Shown here piece after piece: positions 1 to 13,160 of a stretch of DNA of 64,000 nucleotides; the stretch's first letter is position 1; every line of letters starts with the position of its first letter. The notes beneath the pieces were generated by a model. That model worked only from the letters and a program-made list of their open reading frames with translations, ran no database searches and was not told the origin of the DNA. The DNA is from Octopus vulgaris (Eukaryota): positions 171,058,001 to 171,122,000 of the forward strand of contig OX597817.1 in NCBI GenBank assembly GCA_951406725.2, in the 5' to 3' direction. Position numbers and translations under genes: made by a program.

Positions 1-142
1 TTTGTAATGAATAAAATGAGACAGGTTTTATTAATGACTGAATGCGTCGCATACAGTTAACGCAACTGGTGCTTGGAAGTAGTGCAGCTTTTAACATAAG
101 TGGTAATAAATTATCACTGTTAATATGTAGTGCTAAGTAGTT

Positions 143-240
143 CATCATCATCATCATCATCACCAACATCATCATTACCAACATCATCATCATCATCATC
201 ATCATCACCAACATCACCATCATCATCATCATCATCATCG
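143..240. repeat. (CAT)n microsatellite, tail of the adjacent SINE
   Basis: catcatcat run directly abutting cgtttaacgtccgc. Confidence 0.9.
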
Positions 241-650
241 TTTAACGTCCGCTTTCCTTGCTAGCCTGGGTTGGACGATTTGATTGGGGTCTAGTGAACC
301 AGAAGGCTGCACCAGGCTCCAATCTGATCTGGCAGAGTTTCTATAGCTGGATGCCCTTCCTAACACCAACCATTCCGAGAGTGTAGTGGGTGCTTTTACG
401 TGCCACTGGTACGAGGGCCAGTCAGGTGGTACTGGCAACGGCCATGCTCAAATGGTGCTTTTTATGTGCCACCTGCACAGGAGCCAGTCCAGTGGCACTG
501 GCAACAATCTTGCTTGAATGTTTTTTCACGTGCCACCAGCACAAGTGCCAGTAAGGTGACACAGGTAATAATCATGCCAGCTTGTTGCTCTGGCAATGAT
601 CTCACTCGTATGGTACTCTTAGCGCTCCACTAGCAACGGATGCCAGTCAT
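238..650 (-). mobile_element. SINE-like retroposon family D with RTE-type 3' end (..ccaacccatgctagcatggaaa.cggacgttaaacgatgatgat)
   Basis: Same module recurs at ~9830-10010(-), 11915-12200(-), 12465-12730(-), 17250-17610(+), 23190-23400(+), 31080-31375(+), 41315-41680(+), 44700-44960(+) and 44955-45150(-), usually ending in (GAT)n. Confidence 0.8.
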
Positions 651-939
651 CGAATTAGAATGGAGAATAGAAATGTAAAAAGAAATTAGGAATAAAAAAT
701 ATTTTTTAGAAAAGGGATAAAAACATAAGAGTGTAAGAAGAGGGAGGAATTTAAGCAAGGTTATTTGACTGGTAGTATTCAATAGCCCTATTTTGCCTTT
801 CATCCAATCAGGGTCGATATATTTAGTACGAATTGCTAATTGGGGTCAATCTAATCAACAACCTCCCTCCCCCAAAATTCCGGGCCTTGTGTCATAGAAT
901 TGAAAAGTAGTCAATAGCTCTAATGAATACTATCAGCAT

Positions 940-1335
940 TTGTCTTATGAAGAAAGGCTGAAGACGCTCGACCTTTATTCTCTAGAAAAACGACGATGCC
1001 GTGCTGATCTCATTCTCACTCACAACATCATAAGCGGAAAGTGTAACCTCTCGAAAAAGCTGTTCTTCACTCCTGCTCCAGAGCGTCGGCTGCGGGGTCA
1101 CTCCAAAAAGCTCTATCTGCGACGATTTCATCTCAATCGAAGGAGAGAGGCTTTCTCCGTCCGGGTTGCGGATCCGTGGAATAAGCTGCCGGACGAGATA
1201 TTGAAGATGCCGACGACCGCTCGGTTCAAAGTCTCTCTTGACCAGAAATGGCCTGAACTCTTTGCATGAACACCCTAACTCCATGTCCCCCTTGCTTTTT
1301 GCTTTTTGAGCCAAAAAATTAACTTAACTTAAATA
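940..1335 (+). mobile_element. 5'-truncated CR1/L2-group LINE: ORF2 C-terminus plus 3' tail
   Basis: YEERLKTLDLYSLEKRR..RADL, RLRGHSKKL and FSVRVADPWNKLP motifs, then a (ttaac)n tail. A shorter near-identical copy lies at 42350-42546. Confidence 0.85.
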
Positions 1336-1629
1336 ACTTTGCTTAAATTCTGCACTCCTCTCACTCCCTTATGTTTTTATTCCTTTTTTTTAATTTTTTA
1401 TTCCTAATTTCTTTCTACATTTATATTCTTCACTCTTACGGTGCTCTCTACACATTCTAATCGATTCTTTCATGTGTTAACAAGTACTTTTTTGTGGCAA
1501 TGTAAACTTTCATGCAATCAAAATACCCTTGGCCCAATGAGGAGCCTGTAGTATACCCCTCGCTTGGATATTTACCATTTCTGAGGTTCTGCTCACTATG
1601 AAAGATTTGTAGCCTGGATCTTACCTCTT

Positions 1630-1640
1630 GTATACATACA

Positions 1641-1672
<32 letters not shown>

Positions 1673-1699
1673 CATACATATACATACATATATATATAC

Positions 1700-1762
<63 letters not shown>

Positions 1763-1768
1763 ATAATG

Positions 1769-1835
<67 letters not shown>

Positions 1836-1843
1836 TAATAATA
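1630..1843. repeat. Compound microsatellite (TACA)n/(TA)n/(CA)n/(AAT)n
   Basis: Read directly. Explains the ORF-track entries here. Confidence 0.95.
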
Positions 1844-2130
1844 GGGAATATAATTCTAAACTTACAGGGAATATTCAATTTAGCAATTCTAAATCAAATT
1901 TCACAATATATAATATATGTATATAATTTAGAGAAAACCATCTATTAAACAATCCAATAATATGTAATTATGAAATACTATTTACTACTATTTACTATTT
2001 ATTGTTTTTATACTTTATTGAATTTTAGAATAAGGCTTTTATAGTTTACGTTTTCTATATGGTGTGAATAACATCTTTCATAACTGAATTGTTTAATAAA
2101 GGTTTTTCTCTAAATCATATACATATACAT

Positions 2131-2164
<34 letters not shown>

Positions 2165-2333
2165 CCATATACACATATATAAAGATCCAAATTGAGGGAT
2201 TAGAACAGGTAAAATTCAGACTGCTCAAAGTTTACAAACTTCCTATACTTAGATTGTAGTATCTCATAATTACATACACACATACACACACACACAAACA
2301 TGACTATATATATGTATATATACACACATATAC

Positions 2334-2430
<97 letters not shown>

Positions 2431-3295
2431 AATATACATATATGCACACACAAATTGAACTATACACACAAACACATATTGACAGGCATGCAGTTTAGAA
2501 AACAGACACATGCATATCCATGTGATATTTTGTCACTACACACACACATGCACAGATATACATACATTCAAGCTGTGAAATACATGCAGTCATATCCAAC
2601 TTCACCCTCTTATCCACACGTACATATATTCGTATAGGCTGCGTCATTAACATTAATCACTTTTAACAAATTGCTGCAGTAATTTAGTAAAGAAAGCTAT
2701 GGAGGAGATGGCAGTGGTGGTGACAGTGATGGCAGCGAGGATGGTGATGGCGGAGGGTGGGGAAGGGCTATTGATTTAATTTTTAATTTAATGTTAGTCA
2801 TTAGTATAGTGTTGACATCTTTACACTACTAATTACTGTAACAACAACAATAACAACAACAACGTTATCTTGAGCAAATGAAGGATCTTCAATGTGGTTG
2901 CTCAATAATGCTGAAAATAGCAGTCAAACCTCACTGAAATCACACCGCTACTATCTTACAAAAAGAAGGGTATGTTGGATAATGTGGGTAAGACAGGATG
3001 GTCATGGATGAAATGCTTTTGACCATAAATCTGCTGGATCAGGATGAACCCAGGACTAATTAAAAACAATATTGCCTTTTATATAGGTAAAATTTGCCAG
3101 TTAAAACACAAGAGACTATTTTTGTGGCCACTTAATAGATCTAGACCAGGGGTTCCCAACCTGTGGTTGCCAATCCCCACTGGGAAGCAGGGGTTGCAAA
3201 ACCTTGGCAGTGGGGGTCACAAAGCCTTGGCAGGAGGTTTGTGCAGCCTTGCTAGAAGTGACTTGGGATAATATTAATTTCAACTCATCAATCAT

Positions 3296-3706
3296 AGGCG
3301 TAGGAGTGGCTGTGCGGTAAGTAGCTTGCTTACCAACCACATGGTTCTGGGTTCAGTCCCACTGCATGGCATCTTGGGCAAGTGTCTTCTAGTATAGCCT
3401 TGGGCTGACCAAAGCCTTGTGAGTGGATTTGGTAGATGGAAACTGAAAGAAGCCTGTCATATATATGTATATATATATATTTGTACATGTGTGTATATGT
3501 TTGTGTGTCTGTGTTTGTCCCTACAACATCGCTTGACAACTGATGCTGGTGTGCTTACTTCCCCGTAACTTAGCTGTTTGGCAAAAGAGACCGATAGAAT
3601 AAGTACTAGGCTTACAAAGAATAAGTCCTGAGGTCGATTTGCTCAACTAAAGGCAGTGCTCCAGCATGGTCACAGTCAAATGACTGAAACAAGTAAAAGA
3701 GAAAAG
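3296..3706 (+). mobile_element. tRNA-derived SINE family A, full length
   Basis: A-box-like tggctgtgcggtaag, B-box-like ggttcagtccc, central (TA/TG)n, 3' gactgaaacaagtaaaaga tail. More than 12 full or partial copies in the window. Confidence 0.9.
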
Positions 3707-3789
3707 AGCAAATAGTAATTACATTTTTTGTGTTCTCGCATATTTTTTTTGTTTTTGTTTCAGTGCCAAAAAAAATGAAAGAAGCCCAT

Positions 3790-4283
<494 letters not shown>

Positions 4284-5313
4284 TTATCACTTAATATGAC
4301 TAGAGTGTAAAGAAACATCTACATTGCTAGAAATAAGAGCTAAAATGCTCTAATGCTGTAGTTAACGCACATGAATGAAAGCACATACACTAATAGGGAC
4401 CTGAATCATAAGAAGTGCCACACAGTGCCCAATTCCAGCACGCATCCATTTCGAAGTAAGATTGTTCTTGATGTTAATAATGATGTGCACTTTTGACCTT
4501 TCTGTCCCCCTCCCTTTCTCAGCCTTCATTCTTTCTGGTTTCCTTTTCTTCTACCTTACTGTCTCTCCCTCTCTCTCCCCCTCTCATTCTTTCTGGTTTC
4601 CTCACAACCATTCCCTTTCTTTCTCTCCCTTTCTCTTGCTCCTCCTCCTCCCTCCCATCGTTGACCCACAACGAGAGCTCTGCTACTGCCTTTCTGGTCT
4701 GGCTTCCTTGAAGTGTGGACGGCATTTTCTGTTGCTCCTTTGCCGTTCTCAAAAATAGCGTTCGTAACACCTTATCTCGTTCGGCTTAACAACCCTTCTT
4801 GTCTTGTTATTCTCCTTGTCCTGTCTTTTACTCTTTATATTTTGTACTGTCGTTACTGTCCTGTTTTTGTTACCATTTTTACCCCTCCGCAAAAAGATCT
4901 CATATTTTATTAAATTGCTTTTCGCGGAAAGGAAAGTTTCTATCAAAGATGCGTATCGCCTTCACCTTCGAAATGCAGAGTAGATGAAACATGGCGACTG
5001 AAGAAGGGGAATTTTCCTTGTGTTATTTGTCCTGTACTCTATTTTTTCATTGTTTAAGAAAATGGCAGTTCCTTGGTTTTGTGTTTATGTTTTCGTTTTA
5101 CATTGTGTTCGACGTTTTTTTGGTGTCCTGTACCCATATATGCATGTATATATACATGAAGAGGTAGGTACGTACATATATGTATGTATATATGCATATG
5201 TTTTATTTATTAATTTATCATATATATATATATATATATATATATGTAGGTCCCGGGTTGAGTCGGGGTTAACCACAGTAAATAAGGTACTCAATACATA
5301 GCAGAGTAAATTA

Positions 5314-5393
5314 ATTTATTATATAGAAGGAGCTTCTACAGGACTAGAACTCTAGAGTTCTAGTCCTGTAGAAGCTCCTTCTATATAATAAAT
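5314..5393. repeat. Perfect 80-bp spacerless palindrome
   Basis: atttattatatagaaggagcttctacaggactagaactct|agagttctagtcctgtagaagctccttctatataataaat, 40/40 complementary. Confidence 0.95.
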
Positions 5394-6669
5394 ATATATA
5401 TATATATATATATGCACTATAATCTTCTTTTATAAGATATAAGCAGCTGGTGTGATTTGAGTAAGGTTTGGTTGCTATTTATATATATATATATATATTG
5501 GGGTGGTCAAAATTTGAAGATAAATTATTAAATTTTAAATAAGTTATGGTTTAAGCCTGTGAAATTATTCCAATTTGCTAAAGGGTATTGCAAGAAAAAA
5601 ATTTCACAAAAAATATTAATATTTACAAATCACCAGAAATTAATACAGCCCAAAGCTATCTATTTTTGCTCTAATTAAGCATAAAAGGAAACAGCTTTTA
5701 TCAACAATTTTAAAATTAATCTAAAAAAAATTAATGCATGCCTTTATCAAAACACTGAAAATGGAAAACAAATCCTCAAGGCAATACAAATCTCTAAATA
5801 CAATTTTCTTTTTAGATTTTTAAAATAAACAAAACGAAATGTACACAGATACAAGTTAATATCTTTGTGCCACTTTTTGTCTTGGAAATAAAACGAAATT
5901 TTCCTATAAAACAAATTTTACTTAAAAAGTAATCTTTTAGCAATGAAGATTAATCTTTGATCTTTTAAACCTTTTAAATTATTCTCTGTTTAAAAAAAAT
6001 CACCTACATTCACTTAGACTTTACTTTTACTCATCACCTAATAAAAATTAAATTCTGGTAATTAACTTGCGCCTTTTAAACCTTTTGAAGTATTCTCTAC
6101 CTACAAAAAGATTGCTTGTATCCATTTAGACTTAATAAATTACTAAAATTAAATTTTAGTAATTAAGTGAGTTGTAAAGAAAATAAAATAGAAATATTTG
6201 TTTCCTGAGGAAACTAAAAGTATTGATTTCTTAAGCAACCACAATGGTTGGTTATTTGCTTAGAAAGGTCAACATGCTTTTGTTTTTTAGCTGTTTTTTT
6301 TTTTAACCCTAGAACTCATAAGATTGATAACCCTGTTTCCATGACATATAAATGACCAAGAACACAACATTTCCCACTGAACAGGACACTGCTCTGTTAC
6401 AGAGTTCAAAACCAATGATTCTTGAAGACAGAGGATAAGTCATTTTCATTAACCCAGGTACTTGACTGGTACTTTATTTGAATGACCCTGAAGGGTTGAA
6501 AAGCCAAATTGATCTCATTACATTTGATCAGAAATAAAAAGCAAAGCAGTGTTTTTTTGTCTTTGTTTTCTTTTTTGTTTTTGATATATAACACACATTT
6601 ACATAGAAATCATAGTTTTATATAGAACACATAAATATAATATATAATATATATTTTTTTTCTTTTTAA

Positions 6670-8870
6670 ATGACTAGATGTAAAGAAACTTACAGTGTAA
6701 GACATGCTCTATGTGTTTGAAATAAAGATATATTTTCCTATAAAACACCCCCTTACAGCATCTTTCAAGAAGATTGTTCTTGATCAATAAGATGTGCACT
6801 TTTGACCCATGCTTTTCTCAGCACGGCCTTTTACAGCTCTCCCTCTCTCCTCATTCTTTCTGAGTTCTAAACCTTTTTCTTTCTCTCCCTCGCTTGTATC
6901 CATTTGACCCAATAATTGCACTTAAATTTTATTTTATGATGTGCCATTTTTGTTCCTGCCGCTAAATAGTCAACATTTGTGTAAAATTGTTGTTTTCTTT
7001 GTCCTGTCTTTTATTTATTTTGTACTGTCTAGTCCTGTTTTTTTGACATTTTTACTGAACAAAGATCTCATATTTTATTATTTTTTAAGAAAGTTTTTAA
7101 AATCTATTAGAAATAATGATGAAACATCACAGAAAATTTTCCTTGTGTTTTTGTCTGTACTCTATTTTTTCATTGCTTTAAAAATAATCAGTTCCTTGTT
7201 TTTGACAATTTGCATTTTTTTGGGTCCTAAATGATTTTTTCATGAAAGGTAGGTACGTACATAAGTGTGTAACTATGTTTTATTTATAATTTACGACAAT
7301 ATATAAAGATTAAATGTAGGTTTTTTAACCCATATAGGTTACCCTCATCAAGTCTTTTTTATGTATGAAACTGGCCAAATCCAGCCTTTCACATGTACTC
7401 AACAAGCTCATTGTAAATATAAGCTATTATCATCATCAGTATCATTATCATCATCAACATTGTCGTCATCGTTGTCATCATCATCATCATCATCGTCTTC
7501 ATCATCATCATTTAACATCGATTTTATATTGGGGTGGTCAAAATTTGAAGATAAATATTAAATTTTAAATAAGTTATGGTTTAAGCCTGTGAAATTATTC
7601 CAATTTGCTAAAGGGTATTGCAAGAAAAAAATTTCACAAAAAATATTAATATTTACAAATCACCAGAAATTAATACAGCCCAAAGCTATCTATTTTTGCT
7701 CTAATTAAGCATAAAAGGAAACAGCTTTTATCAACAATTTTAAAATTAATCTAAAAAAATTTGAATGCATGCCTTTATGACTGAAAATTTGAAAACAAAT
7801 CCTCAAGGCAATTAAAATCTCTAAATACAATTTTCTTTTTAGATTTTTAAAATAAACAAAACGAAATGTACACAGATACAAGTTAATATCTTTGTGCCAC
7901 TTTTTCTTGGAAATAAAACGTTTTTACTTTAAAACAAATTTTATAAAAATTGTAATCTTTTAGCAATGAAGATTACCAGTTCCTTTGATCTTTTGGAATA
8001 TTTTGCAAATTATTCTCTGTTTAAAAAAATCACCTACATGACTTAGACTTTACTTTTACTCATCACCTAATAAAAATTAAATTCTGGTAATTAACTTGCG
8101 CCTTTTAAACCTTTTAGAAGTATTCTCTACCTACAAAATAGCTGATCTGCTTAATAATATTGGTTTAAATTTTAGTAATTAAGGCCAGCAATTTTGGAGA
8201 GGAAATAAATCAATTACATCAACCCCAGTGTTCAGCTGGTACTTATTTTATTGATACCGAAGGCAACTGGTGGAGTTGCAGAAAATTTCGACTGCTGTCA
8301 CCGACTCTGACTCCTCTGTTATTAGCACCTTTGACTCCGATTCCGACTCCTAACCCTGTTTCCATGACATATAAATGACCAAGAACACAACATTTCCCAC
8401 TGAACAGGACACTGCTCTGTTACAGAGTTCAAAACCAATGATTCTTGAAGACAGAGGATAAGTCCAACAATTCCACTTAATATTAATTCTCCTGGACCAT
8501 ACCCTTAAGGGTTTTGAAATTTCAAAATATATCTCTACACTATCTCTGTTGCTAGTACTAATTCATTTTACTTAGCTGATAGCTACAGTGTAATGGCTGA
8601 CAGCTCGGCATTATTTCCTTAATTATTCTTAAATTCTCCAAAGTTACAACAATAATTGTAACCATTAACTGAAAAGTAAATGATCTCAGAAACAGGTGTA
8701 ACTTTTGATTCCACCTGTTGTATGAGTTTATAGTTTCATAAAGAGAAATAATAAATAATATTGTATGGCATAAAGATTTGATTATTCAGCACATCAAGAT
8801 TTTCAGAATTAAAACTAACAAAACATAGGTGTAGGAGTGGCTGTGTGGTCAGTAGCTTGCTTACCAATCG
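6670..8870 (+). repeat. Mosaic duplication of flanking sequence from 4277-6440 and 9670-11157
   Basis: Alternating blocks match upstream (offset ~2.0-2.4 kb) and downstream (offset ~2.3 kb) sequence. Confidence 0.85.
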
Positions 8871-9138
8871 CAAGTTTGTTTATGGAAGGCCAGCAGTCGC
8901 CCATGCATTGGGCCAGCCTCCCTCTCCACACCACCAATGTTATCCAAGGGAAAGACAAAGGTCGATACAGCTTGGCACCAGTGACGTCGCAACTCATTTC
9001 TACAGCTGAGTGAACTGGAGCAACGTGAAATAAAGTGCCTTGCATCGAGAACACAACACGCATCATCATCCGGGATTTGAGCTCACCACCTCACGATCGT
9101 AAGCTCGACGCTCTAACCACTGAGCCATGCACCTACAC
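8870..9138 (-). mobile_element. tRNA-derived SINE family C
   Basis: Reverse-complement head gcatggctcagtggttagagcgtcgagct..gagctcaaatccc. A related copy lies at 46720-47055(-). Confidence 0.8.
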
Positions 9139-9623
9139 ATAAAGATATATTAGTGTTTTTTTGATGATGCCTGTAATTTTTAGGTGTTATTATAGCTTAT
9201 GGTGCTAAAAGTCAACATTTGATGTAAATACTTGCTCTGGACACATTCAATTCTCTTAAATCACTCAAAACGGGAAATATTTAGGGATTTAGATAAGTTT
9301 TTATATCCATCTACCCTGATACAAAACTCCAGTTACATGAAATTTGAACCAACAAAATATTATTTATTTAAGAAAGATCAAAATCAATTCAAGTATATCC
9401 TGATAACTAACTTTGAACTAATAATCTACAAGATTCTTTTCAAAGAAACTGACCTAGTTTTTTGCTTCCTTCACCAACAAAAGAATAATATTTGTTTGAT
9501 AATATTGGGCCATTGGGACTGAAAATGATTGAAAAAGCTAAATTCAAGTGAAAGGATTGATCCACCATAAAACGACAGCACCCAAAACTATCTCTTTGAT
9601 ATATGACGACAATAAGCAAGAGA

Positions 9624-10114
9624 TTAACCCTTTAGGTTTTGAACCAGCCATATCCAAGTCAAATAATCTACTTGTTTTATGTTAAAACTGGCCAAATCCA
9701 GCCTTTCACATGTACTCAACAAGCTCATTGTAAATATAAGCTATTATCATCATCAGTATCATTATCATCATCAACATCATTGTCGTCATCGTTGTCATCA
9801 TCATCATCATCATCGTCTTCATCATCATCATTTAACATCGATTTTCCATGCTGGCATGGGTTGGACAGCTTGACAGGAGCAGGTAAAGCCAGGGTCTGTA
9901 TCAGGCTCCATAGTCTATTTTGGTGTTGGTTTCTACAGCTGGATGCCTTTCCTAACACCAACCCCTTTACAGCATGTACTAAGAGCTTTTTATGTTGCAC
10001 CATCACTAGCACTTAAAAAAACTTGAAGCAACAAGATAATGCATGAGTAATCTAAAACAATTTGAATGAATAAGCATCACTTTTGACTGATTAATTTGAA
10101 TGCTCTGGGATTAA
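9624..10114. mobile_element. TTAA-flanked piggyBac-like MITE (family 1) interrupted by a family-D SINE
   Basis: ttaaccctttagg..ctgggattaa. Uninterrupted ~225-bp relatives at 41875-42101 and 43820-44048. Confidence 0.75.
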
Positions 10115-10538
10115 AGTTTCCAATTTGATAAATGCTTAAGAAAAACATTCTCCAGAAACTTATTAAATGTTTGTTGTGTCAATGACATTCTGCAAACAAG
10201 GCGTTTTTACTTTCAAAGTGTATAAGGTATTGTAACTTGCTTAGCCATAATGTCACCAGTTCCTTTGGTTGTCTATGGAATATTTTGCAGTTTTGTTATT
10301 TCCAATACCTCATGAACCAGATAATATGTTTGTCGTTTCATTCGGATGTAAGTGGTATGTCAAGTTTGAAGGAATCTTATATTGTAGCAGATAATTCTCT
10401 TTGATGTACCAGTTAAATAGCTGATCTGCTTAATATTGGTTTCAAATTTCGGCACAAGGCCAGCAATTTTGGAGAGGAAATAAATCAATTACATCAACCC
10501 CAGTGTTCAGCTGGTACTTATTTTATTGATACCGAAGG

Positions 10539-10730
10539 CAGGACTGTGGAGTTGAAACAAAAATTTCGACTCTGTCACCGACTCTGACTCCTCTGTTATT
10601 AGCACCTTTGACTCCGATTCCGACTCCTACTCCTCTATGTAATTAAGTGATTGTGGTCTATTTTACTGACTCCAGCTACCCCTTAATTGTTTCCAACTCT
10701 GACCCTGACTCTACGGCTCCGACTCCAAAT
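10539..10730. mobile_element. (GACTCC)n-rich non-autonomous DNA transposon remnant
   Basis: caggactgtggagt start and repeated gactcc/ccgactcc motifs. Superfamily not assignable by eye. Confidence 0.5.
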
Positions 10731-11110
10731 TCACATTTTGCTTGGCATACCAACAATTCCACTTAATATTAATTCTCCTGGACCATACCCTTAAGGGTTT
10801 TGAAATTTCAAAATATATCTCTACACTATCTCTGTTGCTAGTACTAATTCATTTTACTTAGCTGATAGCTACAGTGTAATGGCTGACAGCTCGGCATTAT
10901 TTCCTTAATTATTCTTAAATTCTCCAAAGTTACAACAATAATTGTAACCATTAACTGAAAAGTAAATGATCTCAGAAACAGGTGTAACTTTTGATTCCAC
11001 CTGTTGTATGAGTTTATAGTTTCATAAAGAGAAATAATAAATAATATTGTATGGCATAAAGATTTGATTATTCAGCACATCAAGATTTTCAGAATTAAAA
11101 CTAACAAAAC

Positions 11111-11329
11111 ATAGGTGTAGGAGTGGCTGTGTGGTCAGTAGCTTGCTTACCAATCGCATGGTTCCGGGTTCAGCCCCACTGCGTGGCACCTTGGGCAAGT
11201 GTCTTCTACTATAACCTCGGGCAGACCAAAGCCTTGTGAGTGGATTTGGTAGACGGAAACTGAAAGAAGCCCATCGTATATATATATATCATCATCATCA
11301 TCGTTTAACGTCCGTTTTCCGCGCTAGCA

Positions 11330-11388
<59 letters not shown>

Positions 11389-11632
11389 ATGTATGTATCT
11401 ATGTATGTGTGTGTGTATACATTTGTGTGTCTGCGTTTGTCCCCCCAACATTGCTTGACAACCGATGCTGGTGTGTTTACATACCTGTAACATAGCGGTT
11501 TGGCAAAAGAGACTGATAGAATAAGTACTAGGCTTACAAAGAATAATCCTGGGGTCGATTTGCTCGACTATAGGCGGTGCTTCAGCATGGCCACAGTCAA
11601 ATGACTGAAACAAGTAAAAGAGTAAAAGAGTA
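11111..11632 (+). mobile_element. SINE family A with a short family-D tail inserted in its central TA tract
   Basis: Full head and tail, with catcatcgtttaacgtccgttttccgcgctagcatg at 11289-11331. Confidence 0.85.
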
Positions 11633-12939
11633 AATAAGCAGAAGTAATTATTTAAAGACCCTTTCAAACTAAATCTTCTTCATGAGGATGAAAACTGACC
11701 TAGGGTTAAATAACAATGCTTCCTTCACCAACATCAGCACCTTCATCACCACTACACTACCACAATAATAAACGTTAGCACCTCCACTCATACTACTACC
11801 AACACCATGTTCATCACCATCATCAACACCATCAGCAACAGCTACAGCACTGTCATTACAACCACAAGGCTATTATCACTAACTCCACCACCTTCATCAT
11901 CAACATCATCATCATCATTTAACGTCTGTTGTCCATACTGGCATGGGTTGGATGGTTTGAATGGGTTGACTCACTGAAGGTTGCACCAGACCCCAGTCTG
12001 ATTTGGCATGGTTTTCTATGGCTGGATGTCCTTCCTAATGCCAACCACTCTGAGACTTTAACGGGTGATTTTATGTGCCATTGGCATGGGTGCCATTGGC
12101 ATGGGTGCCATTTGTGTGACATTGGGGTCTTTTACATGCCACAGGCACGGGCACCAATTTGCATAGCACCGGTATCTGCCACAATTGCGATTTTGCCCAG
12201 TTTCATGGATCTTATTCTCAAGCACGACAATGCCAAAGGCTTCGGTCATTGCCTCCAACAGAGGCAAAGGGGCTGAGTCTTCCTTCAAGTCTTGGGCCTC
12301 ACAGAGGCAATGACTGAGACCTTTGATATTATGTCATGCTTGAGAAACCAATACCCTTTCCATTACCAGTACTATTATTACTAACACCACCACCACCACC
12401 TCACCATCACAAATACCTCTATCTCCAACACCATCACCACTATTCCATCATCGTCATCATCATCGTTCTTTTAACATCCGCTTTCTATGCCTGCATGGGT
12501 TAGATGGTTTGACATGGAGCTGACCAGCTGAGAACTGTCCAGGTTCCAATTGGCTGTTGTGGCATGGTTTCTATGGCCGGATGCCAACCACCTAACAGAG
12601 TGTGCTGGGTGCTTCTTATGTGCCACTGGCATGGGTGTGTTTACACAGCTGTGGCACAGGTGCATTTACACAGCACCAGCACAGGTGTGTTTATGCAGCA
12701 GTGGCACAGGTGTTTTTTATGTGGCACCAGTACCTGATTAGGGCAAGCTTGTTGGTATTGGTGGTAGTGTTGATGGTTGTGGTGATGGTTGTGGTGAAGG
12801 TTGTAGTATTGGTGTTTGTGTTGATTAAAACTATCAATGTCATCATCATCTTGGTATTGGTTTACACAGATGTTTGTGTGGTGGTTTAGTGTTGATGGTG
12901 GCACTGTTGATAATGGCGGTGATGGTGGTAGCTCAATGC

Positions 12940-13160
12940 ATCTTATCACATACAGTAAATCATCACATCTCCCAGTCCCTTGTCATTTCTTCAGTGAAGA
13001 TCCTTTCTCGTCATTTCACCCCATGTCTTCCTGGGTTTATCCCCTTTCACAGGTGCCCTCCACAATCAGAGCTCAGCACTTCTGTACACAGGTGTTCTCA
13101 TCCATATGCATCATATAACCAAACCAGTGCAACCTTCTCTCTTGCACACGACTGATACCA
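12940..13160 (-). mobile_element. RTE-clade LINE ORF C-terminal fragment (decayed)
   Basis: Minus-strand reading gives VQERRLHWFGYMMHMDENTCVQKC*..VEGTCERG..PRKTW with a frameshift, matching the RTE RRLRWFGHV..R..RGRPRKTW signature. Confidence 0.75.

Noticed and set aside
3296-3370. tRNA gene-like A/B boxes (also at 16872, 50060 and 52360)
   Set aside because: SINE heads with no convincing cloverleaf, each continuing into a repeat body.
4985-5025. gaaac..ctgaagaagggg as a hammerhead
   Set aside because: No GAAA follows a closed stem II, and no stem I or III pairing was found.
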